From NCBI RefSeq assembly GCF_964188315.1, contig NC_135655.1, positions 87,358,001 to 87,422,000 of the forward strand: DNA of 64,000 nt, written 5' to 3'. Made by a program: the position numbers and the translations under genes. This DNA is from Podarcis muralis. Lineage: Eukaryota. The notes under the pieces are model-generated. The model searched no databases and had not been told where the DNA came from. It saw only the letters and a program-made list of their open reading frames with translations. Each line of letters begins with the position of its first letter. Position 1 is the stretch's first letter. Below, in pieces: positions 1-17,250 of the stretch.

Positions 1-128
1 TATCCAGTTCTAACTGTAGCTTCTTGTCCCACATAGAGATTTCTCAGGAGACAGATGAGGTGATCAGGCACTCCCATTTCTTTAAGAACTTGCCATAGTT
101 TGCTGTGGTCGACACAGTCAAAGGCTTC
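1..128 (-). mobile_element. RTE/Bov-B LINE reverse-transcriptase fragment, 5'-truncated, continues off the window
   Basis: Minus strand reads stop-free AFDCVDHSKLWQVLKEMGVPDHLICLLRNLYVGQEATVRTG, a typical Bov-B RT segment. Confidence 0.9.
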
Positions 129-305
129 AAAAATTACTAGATATTATAAGCAGTGTTATAGCTACTGGGGGGCTAGCCAGGTTTTTTGCCCCGGGTGAAC
201 GCTCCAGAGGGGTGCCATTGAGGCTCCCAGCCTGTGTGTGTGTATGCAAATGTGTGGAGTGTGTGTGCTAAACTGCATCTTTGACCCGGGGTTTCACCCG
301 TTTCA

Positions 306-446
306 GGGAAAGGGCTGTAGCTCCTTGGTAAAGCATGTGTGCTTTGCATGCAAAAGATCCCATGTTCAATCTCCAACATCTCCAGGTTAGGCTAGGAAAG
401 ACTTGCAGTCCTGCAGATTCATGGCCAGTCAGCTGTAGGCATTGAG
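306..446 (+). mobile_element. Degenerate tRNA-derived squamate SINE (Squam3-like)
   Basis: GGGCTGTAGCTC...GCATGCAAAAGATCCCATGTTCAATCTCCAACATCTCCAGGTTAGG...GCCAGTCAG resembles the Squam3 head and body. Confidence 0.55.
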
Positions 447-640
447 TTTTTATTTTGATTATATATTTTGTGGCTTTATATTTCAATTTTGTTCTGTGAA
501 CGGCCCTGATACCTCCAGGTATAGGGCGGTATATAAATTCAGTAAACAACAACAGCAACTTTGTATAAGGAAGCCAGCTATGCTCTATGATTAATCAACG
601 GTGTTAGAGCTGTCATATCACTTTCAAATTCTGCTTTTTC

Positions 641-680
<40 letters not shown>
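641..680. repeat. (AAT)13 microsatellite
   Basis: Direct reading. Confidence 0.95.
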
Positions 681-1555
681 GAACCATCTATTGTCAGTCT
701 TCTGCCTTCATCTCCAAATAGTGTTCCTGCTATGAAAAATAGCCCTTCTTTGGTTCTATTTTAGTTCATTCTGCATAAACCACTGCTTTCTCTTTCCATT
801 TATTTCATAAATGGGCTTCTGGAGAGGCTCTTTCTCTGATCAGCAAAAGGAGATTCACGTAAAACGTCTAGGGAATAACTTATTGAATGTGAGTTTCAGA
901 GTCTTCATCTTTATCCTCAGGGGCCTCCTTGCTTTCTTTTTCATAAATAATTCTGCTGATTGGCACAGGGCTCCTGAATGCTGTGCAGTCTGCCAGTTTC
1001 CTTTGTTAAGAATACAGTGATGCTGCATTGTGCCCTCTGTGTCTCTTGGCTGTTCAACATCCTGTAGCCACCAGTCCTACCAGGCTTGATTGTCTCTCCT
1101 GACATAAAGAACATAAAGCTATTGAATGCTGTCATGTGGAAAGATGACCTCAGTTCTCTTTTCTCTCCAGCCCACCCCACACTCAGCACCAGGAGATTGT
1201 ATCTGGGTTGTGATAAGATGGCAGTGATGAGATGAGCTCCCTGTGATTATTTAATTGAACAGCCTTCCATCTCATACTTGCTGCTTTCAGAGGAGTCGTT
1301 GGAACTAAAGGCCTTTGGACCAAAATCTGTAGATAGTGTTGCCTACTAGTAGTGATGAAGCCATAGATTTCATAAGAAAACTCTTGGATCGGATACCAAA
1401 TGCTTAGTGTTCTGTTTCCAGTAGTGGCCAGCTAAATACTTTTGGGAAGCTTGCAAACAAGCTACGAAGGTAGCAGCCCTTTCCTGTTTGTCTCCAACAT
1501 CTGGTATTTGAAGTGGTTTCACTTAGGTATCGTATCTATTGGGCTGATAGTCTTT

Positions 1556-1600
1556 GGTGGCTGGGGAAACCCAGCCAGATGGGTGGGGTATAAATAATAA
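1556..1600 (+). mobile_element. L2-type LINE 3' tail fragment
   Basis: GGTGGCTGGGGAAACCCAGCCAGATGGGTGGGGTATAAATAATAA; the same tail occurs at 8033-8140 and 10200-10250. Confidence 0.65.
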
Positions 1601-1610
1601 TGATTAGCTA

Positions 1611-1756
1611 TAATTATGATTAGCTGTAAGATCACTAAACTAGTGAAAGAATGGTGTTATTAGTATTACATGTATTATTATAAAATTACTTGTGAAGTAT
1701 GGAAAGAAAACACCATGCTTTCACTAGTTTAGTGATCTTATAGCTAATCATAATTA
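1611..1756. repeat. Inverted repeat: 48-bp arms (1611-1658 and 1709-1756, 46/48 identical) with a 50-bp spacer
   Basis: TAATTATGATTAGCTGTAAGATCACTAAACTAGTGAAAGAATGGTGTT versus the reverse complement of the right arm. Confidence 0.9.
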
Positions 1757-4700
1757 AATATCAAATTCTGCATATAAATGATTACATTCATCCGGTTTAA
1801 ATTGCTTCAGTCTAATAACAATTCCTTTTGAAGAGGGTGCTGCTGCAACAGTGTACAAAGTCTGGCTATATACATTGTTACAAGTCTCCAAAAACCCTGA
1901 AACAATAGCTTCCTCTCGGAGTGTAAGGGAGGTCTTTTCCATTCATAAGTTTGACTTCTGAATCTAGTAGTAATTCTTTATTCCCAATGGAATAAAGGTG
2001 TCGAAGGGTGCAGGACTGCAGCCCATGATGCTCTCTGAAATACTCCTTTTTTTGCTAATGGGGGAAGGCTGAGTGATGCTCTCTGGGCGATTTTTTTCTT
2101 AAGCAAGGCAATTTAGGCTGCAAGCCTAAACAAACTTACACAGGAGTAACTCCCATTGAGCTCGGTGAGGTTTCCTTCTGAGTGGTCATGTGAAGGATTA
2201 CACTGCTCATGGTTTCATAGTCAAACATTTACTGAAGGGTCTTAACCATTAATATGGCTCTCCATATTGAGCATGCAGTGCTTGCATAATTCCTTAATAA
2301 ACAGCCCAGCCTTTTATCTGTACTTCTCATTCGGTGGCTATGAGTGGCTTTGCAGTATAATATGATTGGACTCTGCTGCCTGGAAGTGTGTATGTGTGTG
2401 GATATAAAAGTTTCTTGTAGCATGCTCTCTGAAGAGGCTGGATTTTCTTCTAAATGCATTGTTAAATCAGGGTTTTGTAATTGGTTGACTATCCAGACTG
2501 GTGCTGGGAAATGCATTCAGCTGTTGCTAATCATAATTAAATATCAAATCCTGTGTATGAGTTGCTGCATTCTTGTCTAGTGCTTGAGGGTTGTCTCCAT
2601 AAATATTCTGTTGAGTGATCTACTTTTTTCATGTGCTACTTTATGGACTTGCCCTTTTGTATTTCTTGATTTCCAACTGGAGTTAATTGCTGTTCTTACT
2701 TAATAGGGCTCTGATATTTGTTCTGTTACTCACCTCTACTGATTTTTCTCTGGCTTCTCCATATACCTGGAATGTGTTATATGCTAATATGCAGCCTATT
2801 TATCTCCCTTCTTAATACAAACTCCTGAACACACTCTTACCCCTTCCCTGCTGCCCCCTTACAGCCTCTTTTAATATAAGTTTAAAAAAGCCATTTTTAA
2901 ATTTACCAGTACATAAGGTTCTTCCTCATCTCATTGTCTAAAGATCTCAAAGCTGTGTACAAAACTACAACTTAAAAAAATTGAAACGGTATCATAAAAC
3001 AGACATACAACAAAATCAGTAAAACAGTATGATTAAAAAAAGGAATTATGTAATATCAGGATCCAGTCTTATGGACTAGGGAAATCACAGGCAAAACATA
3101 TGCATTTACAAGTAATCTGAAACATCTGATGGATAATGCTTTACATATGGCAGATGGCAGGGAATTCCACAGTACAGAGTTGATTATAGAAAAAGACAGT
3201 TTTGGGGTCACCACCCTGTGATATATTCTGTAGAGTATGTTTCCATGATTATCATTTCCTCAAATGATATACCAAAATGAAACATTTTAGTAATATATGG
3301 CTCTTGTTTTTCTAGAAGAGTCGCACACAGATTCTTGTCAATTTGAGCTAATTCAGCTGTTAATCTTTGTATTCAGATTCCCAGATTGCATGCCTCTTTT
3401 TAAAAGGAGTGCACAGGTATGAATTTATACCTATGATGTAACACCTGAAGCAGCCCTTAGCTGTGAGCTAGTTGGACAAGGGTTTGTTCTGCAAATTGTC
3501 TAGTATTAGGCATCATTATAAACAAATACTACGCATTTATAAAACTTCTTCTTACAAAAATGTAAGGATTTTTTCTTGCATTTTTGCAAAGCTGCTGGTC
3601 TGATTCTGCACAAAATCTATGCTGAAAGAATTGTAGCTGCTGTACATGCCTTGCTAAATATTCAAGAATGGCATTTCGCTTTTCTTTGACAGGGTTGTAT
3701 AGACAGCGACTCTGCCACTTCAGCAGAATGTTGCCATTACTTGTTTTGGGTAGCTGAGGATGCTGCTGGATTAGCATTTCTTCCATCTTTTGCTTGGCAG
3801 GGATCCAGGCCCCTTGGATCCTTGTGAAGACCATTGGCACAGATAGCGGAAAGGGGACACACAAACTGATTGCATGGGAAGAATAACTTCTGTGTAGCAA
3901 TGCATTATTCTTTAAAGCACAAATATGTTTGCATTAAGGCAAGAAAGCAGCCTTATTTTTAATCCTCAATTTTTAAGAGCTTTTGCCAAATGCTCTGAAG
4001 GTCAGAGGTGAATTTGAAACTCGGGACACAGGTGGAGAGGTGGGAAGAAAACTGGTGCTGTTGGATTAAGAGGAGAATGAAATCGCTTTTTCAAGTCTGC
4101 ACTAAAAAGAACTTTACAATGGAGCTGGAAAGGGAAGAACAGCATGCTTCATACTGGTGGAAGTTGGTCCATGATTAGAGCAAATGGGACACTGCCCTAC
4201 CACCTCAGAGTGCCATCAGTCAGCCCCCACCTGCATGCTTTCTTACTTAACGCTGGGCTTTAGCTTCATCTTCTGATGGGAGTTGTAGTCTAAAACAACT
4301 ACAGGGCACCAAGTTGAGCAAGAGTGGTCTAAAATCTCAGAAATCCTCACCCAGCTTCTCTCTGAACTCTGCTCTTCTGTCCGTGCCAAGTGGGCCTTGC
4401 TTCCATTCTTTGGGAATGCATTAATTTGCGTGCTGCTGTTTTCATTCATAAAATACAACAGATTGGTTGTCCTCCCTTGATGACCTTGGGAACTAGCAAG
4501 ACCTGCTTGCTGGCAAAAGACTATTTCACACATGACTTAAATAGACTATTAAAGACTGCTTGTTCCTTCTATCAGTGCTGCCGCTGCACCATAAAGTCTC
4601 TATCTACCTAACTAAGGTTTAGGTACATTTGAGGATGCATGTTTACTACTTCCAGGATTAGATATAAAATAACTATTCTAATATCCTTTATTGCAGAAAA

Positions 4701-5118
4701 GCTCTTTTTATTCATTCCTTGCAGTATTATTCATGGCATTGTTAGGAATGTCATGTTGTGTTTGACAAGATGCTCATGTCAGTCAGCTGTTACTATATGT
4801 TAAATTTTGTAGGATCGTGAAAGTTCTCTGAGACGTTCTATAATCTAGATCTAAAAGTCTATTTTTAGGAGGTTCCAGTGGACATTAGACCTCCGGCTGC
4901 AATGTTGTGATTTCTTTAGTGTTCACACTGTTTTACCAGCCCCTAACCTTCTTTTTGCAGGAGAAATATACAACATATACAAAATACAAAAAGAAACCAC
5001 TACAAAACAACCAATTGTTTTTATTTGGGGGAAGCTTGAGTAATTAATGTAGAAATGACTAACGCTAAAAGGCTACTGTGTGCAGACTTATCACTCAACA
5101 TTTTTTTACTATTGGTAG

Positions 5119-12650
<7,532 letters not shown>

Positions 12651-13073
12651 AACAAAAGAAATGGGGTTAGCCCCCTTCCATGCCTGTCAGTGGATAAATG
12701 CTACCTTTCAGTAATTGACTGCAATCTTGAGGATCACAGCCCCACTGGGGTAACATCTGTGCCTTAGTTTTCTTCTTATGATTCCTCTGAAGAAAGTCCT
12801 CCAGAACCAAACAACTGTCAACATGTGCTGCTGCTGGCTTTGATGTAAAAGGGTAAATGCATCTCTCATGACTTCTGCTCTTGCAATTTGCACTCTAAGC
12901 TCCGCTCACTAAATCACGTACATATGCTGCATTAACAAGGTGCTGGAGTGAATTACGGTCCAAGTTCTGTAGCTTGCTATCATCACAGCCTTTCTGATTG
13001 CCATGCATTGATTACTCACTTCTGCCATAAGAGTCTTTGGCACAGCTCCCAGAGATGAGAGATGTTGGTGCAC

Positions 13074-13079
13074 AATAAA
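13074..13079 (+). terminator. Candidate PECR polyadenylation signal
   Basis: AATAAA ~420 nt after the stop, followed by a GU/U-rich stretch (TGGTGGTTTGT...GTTGTGTTTT). Confidence 0.5.
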
Positions 13080-13170
13080 CTGGTGGTTTGTATCTATGTT
13101 CAAAGTTGTGTTTTATCTTCAGTGGGAGTAGGCAGCATGGGTACTAACTGCCACTTGAAAACATCTTTAG

Positions 13171-13386
13171 GTAAAAAAGGTAAAGGGACCCCTGACCATA
13201 AGGGACCCCTGACTCTGGGGTTGCGGCGCTCATCTCGCTTTATTGGCCGAGTACAGCTTCCGGGTTATGTGGTCAGCATGACTAAGCCGCTTCTGGCGAA
13301 CCAGAGCAGCGCACGGAAACGCTGTTTACCTTCTCGCACCTGTTTATCTACTTGCACTTTGACGTGCTTTTGAACTGCTAGGTTGG
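13171..13386 (-). mobile_element. Sauria SINE (subfamily A), 5'-truncated
   Basis: Matches the copy at 34873-35226; 9-bp TSD CATCTTTAG (13162-13170, 13387-13395). Confidence 0.88.
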
Positions 13387-13904
13387 CATCTTTAGCCTGT
13401 ACTATACTTTAAAAGTTCAGAGATTCAGAAAGGGAAATGCCTTCATCTTCAACGCATGGAGAAAACAATGGCAAAGCTTCATTTTGTTCACGTGTTGCAA
13501 GATAGTTTATTTTTCTAAACTAGCACTGCTTGTCTTGGACAGTTTGATTTGCAAGCCTTCAGGCTGGTATGTGCCATAGCCATCATACTGACTTAATTCT
13601 AGTGATTAGAGAAGTTGTCCAGAAACATTTCCCCCCCATAAAGGAGCTGAAGAGGAGAGGTGGCAGATGAAGAACTGAAATATGGATACTTCATTATCAC
13701 TGCAATTACCAGAACCCAAGGGGAAGAAAAAGCATTAGAGCTATAAGGGGAAAGCTCATGTTAGCTGCAGTTCCTTGCTTTTAATGAATTGCATTTTATA
13801 TATTTATTTTGCCAAATAAAAAAGAAAATTAGCAAAAATTAATCCTGCCAGAGTGTAATACTTTGAAGGGATAGTTTCAAAGCCAAGTTACTGCACAAAT
13901 TTAA

Positions 13905-14885
13905 ATGTTTAGTATCTAAACATTGGTTCTTGGGAGTCCTCATTTTCCTCTAGGCGGAAGTGTAGTAGCAAAAAAGGGAATGGAATATCCTTTTCTTCCC
14001 TGATAACAGTGCATCTTCTTTTCATAATTGACCGCTGTTGTGACAGTTAGGAAGTTTGCATCACCCTTTGCAAACACTGTTGAACAATGGATATCTATCA
14101 GTTTACAAACAGTTTATGAACTGTCTTGTTAGCAAGGAAATACTCATTTATTTGAACATCCACGTCGCTTTTGAAGTTCACCTGCACACCAATGATGCCT
14201 TTTGATCTACTCAGATGTGTACTATCCTTCACTGATAGACCAGATTTATAACCATAAAAGACAGTTAGTAGGTTACTGTATTTCTGGAAAACGTAATTAA
14301 CAGATTGCCTTGGTGTAGGGTGGCTGCATTTAATTCAATCTTTGACGAGAACAAACATCAGCAACCTATTAAGGAACCCTTTAGTGACTCTTCTGTTATT
14401 TCCCTGCCTACTGTGGCCCACAGTGCTTCAGGAAGGATTGGCTTGTTTGTCTTTCTTAAGCAGTCCAGAGAAGCTCCAAAAAGTGATAATGGGAACATTC
14501 ATAATTGAAGACACGTGAGAGAGCTTCACTCACGCTCTTTGCTGATAAAGCCAGATGCTGGAAAACAAAATGTCTATGGGCTAACAAACTACTTTCACTC
14601 CATTTTTTGCTTTGCTCTCTTGAATGTATATTGTGAAACACTTTTCTTACTATGGACTTCAGAATGTGTTGCCCAGCATTGACATCTTGACCCTAATGTC
14701 ACTTTGTTTCCTGTTTCATAGTGATGGAGGGTTTCTATCCTGGAGGTAATCATAGTTAAAACATTTGCTTTGTTTTTATTTTTCCATCCTGGATTAGATG
14801 CTGTTCTTGTGTTTGACACTGTGGTTCCGTTTAACTTCCAAACGGTATTGTTCATTTCTGTACAATGGGCCGGAAATCAACAATG
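13905..14885 (-). mobile_element. Decayed DNA-transposon protein fossil with XPG/PIN-like nuclease motifs (Academ-like)
   Basis: Minus-strand multi-frame translation gives, in the family's order: PAHCTEMNNTV..LNG, YLQDRNP (14748-14728), YTFKR (14630-14616), FQHLALSAK...VFNYECSHY, LRKTNKPILPEALW (14459-14418), NYVFQKY...VFYGYKSGLSVKDSTHLSRSKGIIGVQVNF...FLANKT (stop-free frame 14334-14101), AKGDANFLTVTTAV (14071-14030), TVIREEKDI (14010-13984). Family assignment is from memory. Confidence 0.72.
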
Positions 14886-15200
14886 CACAAAACACTTCCT
14901 TAAAAACAAACAATGTCTCCTTCACATGGGTTTATGCAAAGAAAACATTTAACAGAAAGGTGTACACACACATATATTACACAGTATAAGGCTTACTAGA
15001 ACTATCGCAGGTTCCCAGAATGGAAAAGGCTGTGTTTCCAATTCCACCTAGTGACTAGCCAGACTATTACATTTCATCTATTTATAGACAACTTAATTTT
15101 CAGAATTTCTGCACCTTGCCCATAAACGTGTTTTAAAAATAATAATACAGGAAACAAGAATGATAAAAATTTGTCTCCCGAATAAGCCAGCTTTAAGCCA

Positions 15201-15259
15201 TGCCTGGCGTGCTCTGGTCCATGGGGTCATGAAGACTAAACGACTAAACAACAACAACA
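15201..15259 (+). mobile_element. Very short Bov-B LINE 3' end with (CAA)n tail
   Basis: GCCTGGCGTGCTCTGGTCCATGGGGTCATGAAGACTAAACGACTAAACAACAACAAC; 6-bp TSD AAGCCA (15195-15200, 15260-15265). Confidence 0.75.
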
Positions 15260-15620
15260 AAGCCACGCGAGTTCTGTTGGCTTGTTGACATCCCTCGCCA
15301 GCACAGCATTCCTGCACACACGCGCTCTCCCCAGGCTGCGTCCTAGGGGATCGAACCCGCGATCCAAGGACGGGCAGAAAGGCAGGCAGGCAAGCACTGC
15401 CCCAAAGAGATCCACAAGGCGGTAGGGGAAACTGCGCATACTCCTTCTGATAATCGCTTTTCGCGTCATCGGCCACTGTGTGGCGAGCGTCGCTCGCGAG
15501 GTACGGAGAGCTCTGGATTGTGCACCACAGAGATAAGAATCTAGAGAAGGCCATCATTATCGAGACGGAGAATTTCAGGGTTCGCACAAGAGTGTGTCTG
15601 TAGGGTCAGAAGCGAGCGCT
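15260..15620. promoter_or_regulatory. Second, separate CpG-rich island with promoter-type motifs
   Basis: About 28 CpGs counted by eye in 15241-15620. CTCGCGAG (BANP-motif core) 15493-15500, palindrome GCGAGCGTCGCTCGC 15483-15497, TGCGCAT (NRF1-like half) 15433-15439. Confidence 0.55.
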
Positions 15621-16199
15621 GCCCATAGAAATCAGTGGAGAAACAGGATTTTGTAGGAGGTGAAGCTGAAGTGAGAAGCAGGGCTGACTTTCCACTCAAG
15701 GCTGCCTAATGCAAAACACCCTTCAGCTCAATCTTATTCATTTGCCTCCTCAAATCAACCTGTCAGGCCAGCTCCAATATGCAGTCGCATGCAAAAGCAT
15801 TATGTTTTTAAAACTCTAATTACTAAAATAAATATATTTAACAATATACACAAGAAATCGGGACGTGAACAAGGAAGAGTATGAAGTTCTGACTTTTCTA
15901 CCTTGTTTGAGGAGAGCTCTAACTATATTAAAATTGTGGATTTCTCCATTGTTAGAAGGAGAAAACATTTACAATTAACCCGGAAATTTCTTCCTAGCAA
16001 AATCCAGTTTTACAAATATACGATCCAGATCAATTTTAGAATGGAAATGTCAGTTAACTTCTTTGGATCCTGCAACTTGCAGACTTGTGAGTCCCAATCA
16101 AGGAAGTTCTGCTTCTATACTGTATAAGAGTTGCGTTTATCCTCAGTTAGTAGTTCTCTGACACAAAGCATATTTATTTCGGCGGTGGATTTATTTTAT

Positions 16200-17250
16200 T
16201 TTATTTTTTTACATCTTAGAATCCCCAAGACCTCCAGCGCTGTCGCTCTGCGCTCAGAGGAGATCATAGATGCCGGGTTTCCTTTTTATTTTTTTCCCCC
16301 GACAGGCAGTTGGACGCTATGGGAAGACGGGGTGGGTGTCCTCAGACGTCACCGGAACTACAACTCCCATGATCCCTCATTATTGGCTACGCTGTCATGG
16401 GGCTTGCTGGGAGTTGTAGTCCTACGACTTCACCGGGTTACAAAAGCTATCCTTTCGGGAGACTCTTTCTCCGAGCGCGCTTCTTCAGGCCACCCGCGAG
16501 CCCCTTTCCGAATAAAGTCTCCGTAGGGGGACGCGGCTCTTTCCCTCCTTCGTGCCTTTTATTTATTTATTTATTTATTTATGCGCGACGTGCGTCGTGA
16601 CGTTGCGACGTTCCCGTCTTGTGTGTGTGTGTACGGGAGTCACGGGCTCCTGCGTGGGGGGAGGCGGAGCCTGAGGAGATCTTGAGGAGGAAAAAGAACA
16701 GGGGTTGCTTGTGAGGGGTGGGGGTGGGGGAAAGGTCTGCTCGAATAGGAGACGGGCACCGGGTTGGGGTGGTGGGGGCTCCTTGCGCGCTTCTTTCCCT
16801 TCCCCCTCCGGCCCCCGGGTAGCGCAGGGGAGAGTGAGGGGGGGCCGCTGCCTCATTGGCCACTTCCACCTCCTCCCCCGGCTCTTTCTGTGGGTCTGTC
16901 CCCCTACCCCCGCATCGACGTGCTGCTTGCCCCCCCTCCCTGCGGAGGGGGTGTTGCTGGGCCTGCTGTTCTCTCCCCCCCGCGCTCCTCACTGGTACCC
17001 GGTGAGGGGTGAGAGTGGGTCTGGCCTCAGCTGAAAGCCAGGATCCTGGACCCCTCCGGTGTTCGAGGCCTGGAGCTGCCGGCTTCTGGGGGGGAGGAAA
17101 CCCTCCGCCTCCCCCCCCCCCCCCACTTCCTCGTCGCTGCCCCACAGGTAGGTAGTGTGCACGCGCGCGCGTTCATGTCGCCTGCTCTGGTGTCTGAGGA
17201 GATGGGGGAAAGGAGCCTCTTGCTCTTGGTGTAGGAGACCCCACCCCCCT
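16200..17250 (+). promoter_or_regulatory. MAP3K2: CpG island: MAP3K2 promoter and probable non-coding first exon (candidate donor CAG|GTAGGT at 17147/17148)
   Basis: Very GC/CpG-rich against an AT-rich background. Inverted ACTACAACTCCCA pair (16357-16369, 16408-16420), ATTGG (CCAAT box) at ~16382, CRE-like GACGTCA at ~16346 and TGACGT near 16598. Lies 8.3 kb upstream of the ATG exon. Exon limits are inferred. Confidence 0.75.
16558..16582. repeat. (TTTA)n tract inside the CpG island
   Basis: Direct reading. Confidence 0.85.

Noticed and set aside
4895-4920. GCNVVI-like codons resembling PECR exon 2
   Set aside because: Similarity stops after six residues (no ASRK), and there is no acceptor in the right phase. 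Exons 1-2 are presumed upstream of the window.
12660-13170. Possible C-terminal continuation of the Academ-like protein in the PECR 3' UTR (minus-strand GCDDSKL, PFTSKPAAAH, LPQWG)
   Set aside because: Matches are short, spread over frames with stops, and not convincingly spaced. They could be chance and need a profile search.
14534-14557. 24-nt microexon-like segment on the minus strand (TTTTGTTTTCCAG|...|GTGAGT)
   Set aside because: It lies in frame within the transposase fossil (HLALSAKS), and no partner exons of a cellular gene were found.
15346-15358. tRNA B-box-like GGGTTCGATCCCC on the minus strand
   Set aside because: The T-stem does not pair fully, and there is no A box or cloverleaf, so it is not a tRNA gene.
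15093-15587. 164-aa minus-strand ORF
   Set aside because: It runs through a Bov-B tail and GC-rich promoter DNA, has no recognisable domain, and is likely a stop-poor artefact.
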